Shown: one piece after another, positions 38,743 to 46,743 of the stretch | Layout of the letters: each line of letters opens with the position of its first letter | How positions within the stretch are numbered: the stretch's first letter is position 1 | Translations under genes and position numbers: made by a program | The notes under the pieces: generated by a model | What the model was told of the DNA's origin: nothing | What the model saw: only the letters and a program-made list of their open reading frames with translations | Databases searched by the model: none | DNA from: an uncultured Gammaproteobacteria bacterium | GTDB taxonomy: Bacteria; Patescibacteriota; Patescibacteriia; S139-126 | DNA length: 64,000 nucleotides | Direction: 5' to 3' | NCBI GenBank assembly: GCA_964620905.1 | Contig: CAZUKA010000002.1 | Location: 191,112 to 255,111 of the forward strand

Positions 38743-39183
38743 TTATTTTTCTTCTTGATAAGATTCAATTGTTTCAGCTTTTTTTACTGAGTATTTTTCA
38801 ATAAATGCCTTTTCATCACCATAATCTATAAAATGTTCATGATGTTTTGGTTGAATAAAGTTATTAACATTTTGATGTTTTATTCCACACCAATATTTTT
38901 CGGTTTGGGCGGCTATTTCACTGGCGTAAGCTAACCAACCATTTGCATAACCACAATAAACACAGCCGACTTTTTCCCAAAAACTCAAATAGGAAAGTTT
39001 ATGTCTATCAATGCGGATATATTTTTTTCTTTTGACCAAGGGAATTTTATAAATCGGGAAACTGGTAAAATGATATAATTCCAAAATAAAATCAGCTGCC
39101 ACCAGCCAAATAAGATTTGCCCAAATAAATGGCATGGTAATTAAATGTTTAAAAGCTCGCTCTGGATGTTTTCTTTGAAGCAT
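38743..39183 (-). CDS. hypothetical membrane protein with CxxC...WC motif
   Basis: 2 TM, CVYCGYANGW...YWCGIKH. Confidence 0.3.
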   Translation of the reverse strand: MLQRKHPERAFKHLITMPFIWANLIWLVAADFILELYHFTSFPIYKIPLVKRKKYIRIDRHKLSYLSFWEKVGCVYCGYANGWLAYASEIAAQTEKYWCGIKHQNVNNFIQPKHHEHFIDYGDEKAFIEKYSVKKAETIESYQEEK

Positions 39184-39306
39184 ATTGTATTATAATTATT
39201 GGTACATTATTGATTAGTTGATAAATTTTGTCAATTAAACATTGACATACTTAAATTTATTTATTAAGTTAGATATACACATTTACAATTCAGTCAAGGA
39301 GTAGAC

Positions 39307-39510
39307 ATGAAACGGTTATTTTTTGTTCTTTTTCTTCTTCTTCTTTTTAGTCTGATAATATTGGCCCAACCGCAGTTGGAAAACAATTTAGATAATGATT
39401 TTCGGACTGTTAGTGATCTGGCCAAACAGATTGTTGGTTGGTTTTTTGCTATTTTGATAGTAATTTTTGGTCTTGGTGCCACTATTATGAATTTGGGTAG
39501 AAAAAAATAA
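39307..39510 (+). CDS. small secreted/membrane protein (67 aa)
   Basis: Signal-like N-terminus, C-terminal TM GWFFAILIVIFGLGATIMNLG; AGGAG RBS and own terminator. Confidence 0.35.
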   Translation: MKRLFFVLFLLLLFSLIILAQPQLENNLDNDFRTVSDLAKQIVGWFFAILIVIFGLGATIMNLGRKK

Positions 39511-39529
39511 AAAAACTTCTAATTCAGCT

Positions 39530-39556
39530 GAGCCATAACTATGGCTCTTTTTTATT
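39530..39556 (+). terminator. intrinsic terminator after the 67-aa membrane protein gene
   Basis: GAGCCATA-ac-TATGGCTC then TTTTTTATTT. Confidence 0.55.
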
Positions 39557-39576
39557 TACCGGCTTATAATATTTTT

Positions 39577-40278
39577 ATGTATAAACAAATTAGTAGCGAA
39601 TTGAATAGTTTAAAAAATTCTAAAAAAGCCAAAGATTTAAGGTGGTTTTTTAAGACCGGTAAAGGTGAATATGGCGCCGGAGATAAATTTTTAGGTATTA
39701 CAGTTCCTGCACAAAGGCAAGTGGCAAAAAAATATTACCAAACCGCGAATTTAGCAGACATTAAAAAATTATTATTAAGCCCTTGGCACGAGTATCGGTT
39801 GGTGGGACTATTGCTTTTAACCTACCAGTATTCGGTTGTAAACAAAATAAAACAGGAAAAAATTTACCAATTTTATTTACAGAATACCAGATATATAAAT
39901 AATTGGGATTTGGTTGATTTATCAGCGTATAAAATTATTGGTCCGTGGTTATTTGCCAAAAAAGACAAAAATATATTATATAAACTTGCCAAGTCAAAAA
40001 ATATTTGGGAACGCCGGATTGCTGTGCTCACCACATTTTATTTTATCAAGCAAAATGATTTTACGGATACATTGAAATTGGCCAGGTTATTACTAACTGA
40101 TACTTACGACCTGATACATAAAGCCGTGGGCTGGATGCTACGAGAGATAGGTAAACGCGACCTGAGGATACTGATAGAATTTTTAGATAAATATTATAAA
40201 GTAATGCCCCGAACGATGTTACGCTATGCGATTGAGCGATTATCCGAAAGACAAAAAAATAAGTATATGAAAAAATAA
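39577..40278 (+). CDS. DNA alkylation repair protein (AlkD/AlkC-like HEAT repeat)
   Basis: KDLRWFFKTGKGEYGAGDKFLGITVPAQRQVAKKY is the family signature; the ORF-track ATG at 39541 lies inside the upstream terminator, so 39577 is preferred. Confidence 0.65.
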   Translation: MYKQISSELNSLKNSKKAKDLRWFFKTGKGEYGAGDKFLGITVPAQRQVAKKYYQTANLADIKKLLLSPWHEYRLVGLLLLTYQYSVVNKIKQEKIYQFYLQNTRYINNWDLVDLSAYKIIGPWLFAKKDKNILYKLAKSKNIWERRIAVLTTFYFIKQNDFTDTLKLARLLLTDTYDLIHKAVGWMLREIGKRDLRILIEFLDKYYKVMPRTMLRYAIERLSERQKNKYMKK

Positions 40279-40303
40279 AATAGGGATTTAAAAAATCCCT
40301 ATT
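40279..40303. terminator. bidirectional hairpin between the alkylation-repair gene(+) and the 115-aa gene(-)
   Basis: AATAGGGATTT-aaa-AAATCCCTATT. Confidence 0.45.
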
Positions 40304-40635
40304 CGTGTGATGATAAAAAAATAAATCAACAGCACAATTATTTGTGCTAAGGCAAATGAACAAATACCGCTGTGCGGATTGGTATACAAATTACCACTAC
40401 TATCACGCCAGCCCCGGCCAAAATTACTAATCATAATTTCCGCTATTGAGTAAATAAACCCCAAAGATAAATAGTAAACAATAGCAGCCCTTAGCCACGA
40501 CCAAGTAGTAATAAAATATACTACTAAGCAAAATGAAGTAAAGAAAAATCCGGTTAGGAACCAAAATTTATCTAAGTGGGACAGAAAATTTTTTTTGGTT
40601 GCTCGCATTAGTCTACCAATAAACTTTCTTTCCAC
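40288..40635 (-). CDS. hypothetical membrane protein (3 TM)
   Basis: Complete ORF, hydrophobic. Confidence 0.3.
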   Translation of the reverse strand: MERKFIGRLMRATKKNFLSHLDKFWFLTGFFFTSFCLVVYFITTWSWLRAAIVYYLSLGFIYSIAEIMISNFGRGWRDSSGNLYTNPHSGICSFALAQIIVLLIYFFIITRIGIF

Positions 40636-40826
40636 ACCAGTTGCGGATCTCTATATAAATAATGAATAGCTTGTGAATCTTCACAAATTTTTTCCCAGGC
40701 AATAATTGCTAGTTCCCGAGCTTCCAGTTGTTGAGTAATACTTGTTGGACCGGATAGTTCATGGGTGTGAGTTGACACGTCACGGTCATAACCTGATTCA
40801 CCGCTAGTAAATACTAAATACCACAT
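40608..40826 (-). CDS. hypothetical small protein (72 aa)
   Basis: Complete ORF overlapping the next gene by 28 nt. Confidence 0.25.
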   Translation of the reverse strand: MWYLVFTSGESGYDRDVSTHTHELSGPTSITQQLEARELAIIAWEKICEDSQAIHYLYRDPQLVWKESLLVD

Positions 40827-40974
40827 GGTGTTTTCCTTTCGTTTGATTGTTAAATGACTTTTAATAATTAAATAAGACTAGTAAAATTTTTAGTTTTTGT
40901 CAATCAACATTTTTGTTAGTTGAAAATGATCTAAAAACGGTGATATACTAATAAAGTAATAATTAATCAATTAT

Positions 40975-41958
40975 ATGGACAACAATTTAAATAATACTCA
41001 AATAAATCAGAGTAAAAGTACCCCCAGGGATGTATTTTTACATTTACTAGCTATTGTTCTTTTGTATATCGGGATTTTTAGTTTAATTGCCTTGCTGTGG
41101 AAATATGTTGATGTTTTATTGCCAGATGAACTAAAAATATATTACAGCCAAGCTTCAGCGGTGATGAAAAATTCCATCGCGGCTTTGCTGGTAGTCTGGC
41201 CAGTATTTATTTTTGTCAATTGGCTGATCAAAAAAAATGAAAAAGCAGAAGTCGGTAAAAAAGAGTTGAAAGTAAAAAAATGGCTTCTCAACCTCACATT
41301 ATTTATTGCTGCACTTACGATGATTATTGATTTGATTATGTTGATTTACAACTTTTTAGATGGCAGTCTGACAATGAATTTCTTTTTGAAAGTATTGGTG
41401 GTATTGGTGGTAGCTGGAGTGGTATTTGGTTACTATCTCTGGGATTTGAAAGTTGAACAGTCGAAGTCAAAACCACTATCAAAAATATTTGCTTGGAGTA
41501 CCTCGGGTTTAGTATTGGTGGCGATTGTTGCTGGTTTTTTTATCATGGGTACCCCCCAAGAACAAAGGAACAAACGATTTGATGAGCAACGCGTGCAGGA
41601 TTTACAAGTATTGCAGTCAGAAATTATCAACTATTGGCAAGTTAAAGAAGTTTTACCACCAGATTTGTCGGTTCTAACAAACAATGTGACTGGATTTACC
41701 GCTCCAGTTGATCCAGCTAGCAAAGAGCCTTATGAATATGAAATTAAAGATGATCTGACTTTTACCCTATGTGCCAATTTTGTCAGTCCCACTGGTGATA
41801 CCAAAGTAGCTATGCCTCGCTATGATTATTATGGTTATGAAGCCAATTGGGATCATGGAGCTGGCAGGACCTGTTTTGATCGCATTATTGATCCTGATTT
41901 TTATAAAAAAACCGTTGATGATAAAACCCTACAGCCACCAGTCAATGAAATAAGATAA
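40975..41958 (+). CDS. DUF5671-type membrane protein with C-terminal type IV pilin-like domain
   Basis: 4 TM N-terminus typical of CPR DUF5671 proteins; C-terminal RNKRFDEQRVQDLQVLQSEIINYW resembles the pilin-like DxxRxxDLxxLxxAxxxY region. Confidence 0.5.
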   Translation: MDNNLNNTQINQSKSTPRDVFLHLLAIVLLYIGIFSLIALLWKYVDVLLPDELKIYYSQASAVMKNSIAALLVVWPVFIFVNWLIKKNEKAEVGKKELKVKKWLLNLTLFIAALTMIIDLIMLIYNFLDGSLTMNFFLKVLVVLVVAGVVFGYYLWDLKVEQSKSKPLSKIFAWSTSGLVLVAIVAGFFIMGTPQEQRNKRFDEQRVQDLQVLQSEIINYWQVKEVLPPDLSVLTNNVTGFTAPVDPASKEPYEYEIKDDLTFTLCANFVSPTGDTKVAMPRYDYYGYEANWDHGAGRTCFDRIIDPDFYKKTVDDKTLQPPVNEIR

Positions 41959-41962
41959 GTTT

Positions 41963-42274
41963 ATGTCAACAAAAAAATTTATTTTTCAAGGTTTTATTCA
42001 GGCGACTTTGGCCGCAGTTTATATTGTCCTAGTTGCCTTGTTTATGAATAATGCTGAACGGATAATTGGCGATACTAAAACTTTTGTAGGGCCTGTAGCT
42101 TTTTTACTTTTGTTTGTTTTGTCAGCTGCCACCGTTGGATCATTGGTTTTGGGTAGATCTATTTTGATGTATATAGATAAGCAAAAAAGAGAAGCAGTAT
42201 ATTTGTTTAGTTCTACTATGGGTTGGCTGTTTGGTTATACGGTTCTGGCTTTGGTGATATTGTTGTTAATTTAG
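41963..42274 (+). CDS. small membrane protein (3 TM)
   Basis: Complete ORF, 5-nt gap after the DUF5671 gene. Confidence 0.3.
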   Translation: MSTKKFIFQGFIQATLAAVYIVLVALFMNNAERIIGDTKTFVGPVAFLLLFVLSAATVGSLVLGRSILMYIDKQKREAVYLFSSTMGWLFGYTVLALVILLLI

Positions 42275-42296
42275 AACTGGTTAAGTAAACAAAAAT

Positions 42297-42321
42297 CCGA
42301 TTTCCCAGAATCGGGTTTTTT
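42297..42321 (+). terminator. intrinsic terminator after the 41963-42274 gene
   Basis: CCGATT-tcccaga-AATCGG G TTTTTT. Confidence 0.5.
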
Positions 42322-42618
42322 AATTGTAGTTAAGGTTAATAATAATTTTATAAAAACAACCAAAAAACAAGTAACAATAATTTATAAACAAAAAACTCAA
42401 AATGCAAAAATATAACTCAAAACTAAAAAATGACTTAACTTTTAGATGTTATAAATTGATAGTTTTGAGTTTGAAGTTGCAGTTTAAAATTTTGATTTAT
42501 TTATATTTTGTATCTGTTTTTGCATTTACTGATTTATCATTTTTGCCTGTCGGTTGATAGGTAAAATTTACAAATTTCACCTCTATCATACTTCCTTAAT
42601 TTTAATTCCTGTCTAGGC

Positions 42619-42647
42619 TTGACAAAATAGTAAAAAAGGTGTATAAT
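42619..42647 (+). promoter_or_regulatory. perfect-consensus sigma70 promoter driving the 35-aa peptide gene
   Basis: TTGACA(42619-24)-17 nt-TATAAT(42642-47). Confidence 0.65.
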
Positions 42648-42681
42648 GATATGATTTGTACAATAAAAAAAGGAAAATAAT

Positions 42682-42789
42682 ATGTTTGAAAGACAACTTG
42701 CATCACCTGTAAAATTTTTTTGGTTTATAACCAAAATATCCATAACAATTTTATTAGGTTTTGTAATATTATCTTACGTATTACATTAA
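42682..42789 (+). CDS. 35-aa hydrophobic peptide MFERQLASPVKFFWFITKISITILLGFVILSYVLH; absent from the ORF track
   Basis: Perfect TTGACA-17-TATAAT promoter 35 nt upstream, AGGA RBS, single predicted TM, dedicated terminator. Confidence 0.45.
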   Translation: MFERQLASPVKFFWFITKISITILLGFVILSYVLH

Positions 42790-42797
42790 TTTAATAT

Positions 42798-42830
42798 AGC
42801 TGCTCGTTAAAACGCGCAGCTTTTTTATTT
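42798..42830 (+). terminator. intrinsic terminator of the 35-aa peptide cassette
   Basis: AGCTGCTCG-ttaaaa-CGCGCAGCT then TTTTTTATTT, 26 nt before murB. Confidence 0.6.
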
Positions 42831-42855
42831 AACAAATATTTTGTATGATTAGTAT

Positions 42856-43950
42856 ATGTCATCACTAATTATCAAAGAAAATGAATCACTTACCCGTCAC
42901 ACCAGTTTTCGGATCGGTGGTCCGGCAAAGTATTATATAGAAATTACTAACGCCAATCAGTTGGCAGAAGCTATAAATTTTGCTACTGAAAAAAAGTTGC
43001 CGTGGCTAGCATTGGGTGGTGGCAGTAATATGTTGGTGAGCGACAATGGTTATGATGGGGTGGTGCTACATATTATCCCCAAAGGTTTAAAACTGACTAA
43101 AATAGACGAAGGCAAGGTAGAGCTAAAGATCAGCGCTGGTGAAGTTTGGGATGAGGTAGTGGCTTTTGCGGTTTTACATAATTTATGGGGTATAGAAAAT
43201 TTGTCTCATATACCAGGTCTGGCAGGTGGGTTTCCAGTCCAAAACGTTGGTGCTTATGGTCAGGAAGCCAGCCAAGTTTTAACAGAAGTATATGCTTATG
43301 ATATTGCAGCTGACAGGCAAGTAGTTTTAAGTAAGGATGATTGTCAGTTTAGTTATCGACAGAGTATCTTCAATACCAGCCAAAAGGAAAAATTTATTAT
43401 CACCGGTTATGCTATAGAGCTTTCTACTAAGCCACAGCCAAATTTAGCTTATAAAGATTTAGCAGAATACTTTGTTGAAAAAAAACCAACTTTGTTGGAG
43501 ATTAGACGGGCGTTGATTGCTATACGCGATAAAAAATTACCTCATCCTAAGGATATTGGTAGTGCAGGATCATTTTTTAAAAATTTGGAATTAAGCCCAG
43601 ATGAATATAATAATTTGGCCAGTAACGTTAAAGAAAAATTGGGTGAAGAAAAATTTACTCTTTTAGAAAATATTAAACGCGAAATTCCAAGTGGTTATAA
43701 AGTGCCAACCGCTTTTGTAATTGACAAATTACTCAATCTCAAAGGCCTGCAAATTGGTGGGGCTAAGATTTATGAACAGCAAGCCTTGGTGATTACCAAC
43801 TACACAGGTAAAGCCAACGCCACTGATGTACTTATGATATTTAAAAAAGTAAGAACCCAAGCCAAACAATTGTTTGATGTTGAGATTGTGCCAGAACCAA
43901 ATTTGATTGGTTTTACTCAGGAAGAGTTGGATTATTATTTTTCTTTTTAG
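42856..43950 (+). CDS. murB: UDP-N-acetylenolpyruvoylglucosamine reductase
   Basis: FAD-binding FRIGGPA...LGGGSN region plus C-terminal MurB domain. Confidence 0.85.
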   Translation: MSSLIIKENESLTRHTSFRIGGPAKYYIEITNANQLAEAINFATEKKLPWLALGGGSNMLVSDNGYDGVVLHIIPKGLKLTKIDEGKVELKISAGEVWDEVVAFAVLHNLWGIENLSHIPGLAGGFPVQNVGAYGQEASQVLTEVYAYDIAADRQVVLSKDDCQFSYRQSIFNTSQKEKFIITGYAIELSTKPQPNLAYKDLAEYFVEKKPTLLEIRRALIAIRDKKLPHPKDIGSAGSFFKNLELSPDEYNNLASNVKEKLGEEKFTLLENIKREIPSGYKVPTAFVIDKLLNLKGLQIGGAKIYEQQALVITNYTGKANATDVLMIFKKVRTQAKQLFDVEIVPEPNLIGFTQEELDYYFSF

Positions 43951-44316
43951 TTGAAAGATTTAAATTCATTTAAAATTATGTCTGATTTAATTCAAAAAAA
44001 ATGTGTACCTTGTGAAGGTGGTGCCACACCTTTAAGTGGAAACGAGCTACAATATTATCTTAGGATGGTTAGTGGCTGGCAATTGGATACTACCCAAACT
44101 AAAATAGTTAAGCAGTATCAATGGCCTGATTTTGCTGGTGCCCTAAACTTTGTCAATCAGGCGGGCAATCTAGCGGAAAATGAGGGGCATCATCCTGATC
44201 TGGAAATTTTTGGCTATAATAAGGTAAAAATTACGCTCTTTACGCACGCTATTTCAGGATTATCAGAAAATGATTTTATCATGGCTGCCAAGATTGATGA
44301 GTTGGTAAAAGTATAA
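43951..44316 (+). CDS. pterin-4a-carbinolamine dehydratase
   Basis: EGHHPDLEIFGYNKV signature. Confidence 0.75.
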   Translation: MKDLNSFKIMSDLIQKKCVPCEGGATPLSGNELQYYLRMVSGWQLDTTQTKIVKQYQWPDFAGALNFVNQAGNLAENEGHHPDLEIFGYNKVKITLFTHAISGLSENDFIMAAKIDELVKV

Positions 44317-44353
44317 AAATACTAGTTGTGTATATCTGAGACTAGCAAATAAA

Positions 44354-44382
44354 TAGACAGGTATTTTAAAATATGCTAAGAT
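44354..44382 (+). promoter_or_regulatory. candidate promoter for hup
   Basis: TAGACA-17-TAAGAT, 35 nt upstream of ATG. Confidence 0.35.
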
Positions 44383-44416
44383 ATAAAGGAATTTAATAAT
44401 TAATTAAGAGTTAAGT

Positions 44417-44698
44417 ATGGCAAAAATGACTAAGTCACAAATGCTCCAAGTTCTCGCCGAGAAGTCGGAGCTTTCCAAAAAGCAGGTTACTGCTTTGATG
44501 GATGCCATGGTCGAGTTGGCCTATAAGGAAGTAAAATCCAGTGGTCAGTTCGTTGTTCCTGGCATCGGTAAATTGGTAAAGGTCCACCGCGCCGCTCGTA
44601 TGGGCAGAAATCCAGCAACCGGTCAGCAGATTCAAATTCCGGCTAAAACGGTGGTAAAATTCAGAGTAGCCAAAGCCGCCAAAGAAGCCGTGCTCTAA
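44417..44698 (+). CDS. hup: HU-family DNA-binding protein
   Basis: 93 aa; GFGKF-like arm RMGRNPATGQQIQIPAKTVVKFR. Confidence 0.85.
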   Translation: MAKMTKSQMLQVLAEKSELSKKQVTALMDAMVELAYKEVKSSGQFVVPGIGKLVKVHRAARMGRNPATGQQIQIPAKTVVKFRVAKAAKEAVL

Positions 44699-44718
44699 AA
44701 GTAAGTTTATTTATATTC

Positions 44719-44745
44719 AAAAAAGTCCAAACTGGACTTTTTTGA
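44719..44745 (+). terminator. intrinsic terminator after hup
   Basis: AAAAAAGTCCA-aac-TGGACTTTTTT. Confidence 0.6.
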
Positions 44746-44762
44746 ATATAGATTTGTTGGTC

Positions 44763-45920
44763 ATGCCTCCGCGTAAAAAAACATTTTGGTTAATTTATTT
44801 TTTAGGATTTTTGTGGTCCTTGTCTTTTTCTTTGCCAATTTATGTGCAATCAAGTTTTATTAGTTCGATTGTAAGTTTGGAAAATGTAGGATTGGTAATA
44901 TTTATAAGTAATTTAGTTTCTTTTTTAACCTTGGTGGGTTATAGTCGATTGATTCGTCGTTTTAGCAATTGGTATGTAGCTATTGTTATGGTGATATTGA
45001 ATTTAATTGCAGTGTTATTTTTAGTTTTATCTGTAGGTTTATGGTCGATCTTTTTTTATACCCTAGTGTTTGTAACTATGAATTTATTTGGAGTGAATTT
45101 GGATGTATTTTTAGAATCAATCTCCGAAGATAATATCACTGGTAGAATTCGAACTAATATGTTGACCGTTGCTAATGTAGCAATGTTTTTAGCACCTATG
45201 TTGATGGGTTATATTGTTGGTGATAACAATTATCTACGTATTTATATGATTGGTGGGGTGATATTTTTCCCCGTCTTATTTTTACTGTTTTATCAAAAAA
45301 AATTAGTGGTTGATCAGACTGAATATAATGAACGTTCTTTTAAAATATTACAAAAGGTATTTAAAAAAAATAAAAATATTCCTAGAGTTTTTGCAATTCA
45401 ATTTGCTTTGCGTTTCTTTTTTTCTGCTATGGTACTTTATACTCCTATATATCTACATGAGTATTTAGGATTTGGTTGGACTCAGATTGGTCCGATGTTT
45501 ACTATTATGTTATTGCCATTTTTACTTTTACAGATTCCCGCGGGTAGGTTGGCTGATAAAATTTTAGGGGAAAAAGAAATGACAATTTTAGGTCTTGTTT
45601 TTATGATCACTTTTACTACGGTTATCATTTTTTTCAATAGCGAATTGTGGTTATTGTGGGCTTTTGTTCTTTTTTTGACTAGGGTGGGTGCGTCTTTGGT
45701 AGAGGCAATGAATGAATCTTTTTTCTTTAAGCAAGTAAGTAGCAAAGACATTGATATTATCAATATGTACCGCGATTTACAACCGATTGGTTGGTTATCA
45801 GCAGCTGCGGTATCATTTGTTTTGTTGCACTTTTTTTCCATTTTATCTATTTTTGTTGCTATTGTTTTTGTTTTAGTTTTGGCTTTGTGGCCAGCAGTTA
45901 GATTGCAGGATACAAAATAA
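44763..45920 (+). CDS. MFS transporter
   Basis: 12 TM; ATG at 44763 preferred because the ORF-track TTG at 44742 lies inside the hup terminator. Confidence 0.55.
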   Translation: MPPRKKTFWLIYFLGFLWSLSFSLPIYVQSSFISSIVSLENVGLVIFISNLVSFLTLVGYSRLIRRFSNWYVAIVMVILNLIAVLFLVLSVGLWSIFFYTLVFVTMNLFGVNLDVFLESISEDNITGRIRTNMLTVANVAMFLAPMLMGYIVGDNNYLRIYMIGGVIFFPVLFLLFYQKKLVVDQTEYNERSFKILQKVFKKNKNIPRVFAIQFALRFFFSAMVLYTPIYLHEYLGFGWTQIGPMFTIMLLPFLLLQIPAGRLADKILGEKEMTILGLVFMITFTTVIIFFNSELWLLWAFVLFLTRVGASLVEAMNESFFFKQVSSKDIDIINMYRDLQPIGWLSAAAVSFVLLHFFSILSIFVAIVFVLVLALWPAVRLQDTK

Positions 45921-45923
45921 TAT

Positions 45924-46175
45924 ATGCCAGACAAAAAAAGCGACCAGGAAATAATTATTGCCACTAGACGTTTGATTGCTGCTTTGGACGTAACTTACAA
46001 TAAACCCGGCCTGATATTTTGGCGCGGGGTAATCAAAGGTATTGGTTATGGTTTGGGGGCAACTATTGGCGCGGCTTTAGTGTTGTTATTTTTATCTTGG
46101 CTTGCTCGGCAGTTAGGTGGAATTCCAGCCTTTACCGACTGGTTAAATCAGTTTAGTCAAAATTTACCTCTGTAA
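45924..46175 (+). CDS. small membrane protein (83 aa)
   Basis: Complete ORF, one TM. Confidence 0.3.
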   Translation: MPDKKSDQEIIIATRRLIAALDVTYNKPGLIFWRGVIKGIGYGLGATIGAALVLLFLSWLARQLGGIPAFTDWLNQFSQNLPL

Positions 46176-46195
46176 TTTTTTCATTTTTATTTGGG

Positions 46196-46241
46196 TTGCT
46201 GGTTTTGGGACAATTTGTTATAATCCTAGTATTGTACTAGG
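46196..46241 (+). promoter_or_regulatory. candidate suf-operon promoter with a 17-bp perfect palindrome operator (Rrf2 site?)
   Basis: TTGCTG-17-TATAAT(46219-24) followed immediately by CCTAGTA-TTG-TACTAGG(46225-41). Confidence 0.45.
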
Positions 46242-46328
46242 AGTTTTTTATTAGTATAAAATATTTAGTGGTAAGTATTAAGCATGGGTAATTTAAAATT
46301 TATAATTTATAATCTATAATTTTTATCT

Positions 46329-46739
46329 ATGTCTTTCCTCAAGGCCTCAACCAAAGAACAGTATTTATTGCGATTGGCTCTGCGTTTGGCTGAGACTTTT
46401 TATTCTCAACAACCAGTATCTTTGCAACACATTTCCCAGCAAGAGCACATCTCCGAAAAGTATTTGGAAGAGTTGGTGGTGCCTTTAAAACAACAAGGAC
46501 TAGTTCAAGCTAAACTTGGACGCAAGGGGGGGTATATTTTTAAAAAAAATCCTCGCTTGGTTTCTGTTCGAGAGATTTTATGGTCAAATAAAAATCATCC
46601 CAAAGTTGCTATCTGCATTGAACACAAAAATCTTTGTCCCTTGGTCAATCATTGTCAAGCTAAAACAGTTTGGCAAAAGGTGCAGAGCGAAGTGGAAGGG
46701 ACCTTGGGAAAAATGACTTTATTTTCATTAATTCGTTAA
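46329..46739 (+). CDS. Rrf2-family transcriptional regulator (IscR/SufR-like), three Cys
   Basis: Winged helix N-terminus; C..C....C cluster-ligand spacing CIEHKNLCPLVNHC; directly upstream of sufCBDSU. Confidence 0.7.
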   Translation: MSFLKASTKEQYLLRLALRLAETFYSQQPVSLQHISQQEHISEKYLEELVVPLKQQGLVQAKLGRKGGYIFKKNPRLVSVREILWSNKNHPKVAICIEHKNLCPLVNHCQAKTVWQKVQSEVEGTLGKMTLFSLIR

Positions 46740-46743
46740 TTTT

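Noticed and set aside
39307-39510. 67-aa protein as a VirB2/TrbC-type conjugative pilin
   Set aside because: After the signal-like segment there is only one hydrophobic helix, not the two of VirB2-family pilins, and no other type IV secretion genes are in the window.
40608-40826. 72-aa ORF as a toxin-antitoxin component (overlaps the next gene by 28 nt)
   Set aside because: No similarity I can recognise to RelE/ParE/HicA/MazF or antitoxin folds. Overlap alone is not evidence. Left as hypothetical.
42537-42743. 68-aa minus-strand ORF in the murB upstream region
   Set aside because: No promoter or RBS found. It overlaps antisense the consensus promoter and the 5' end of the 35-aa peptide gene, which is the better-supported feature. 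Kept only as a possible antisense transcript in that finding.
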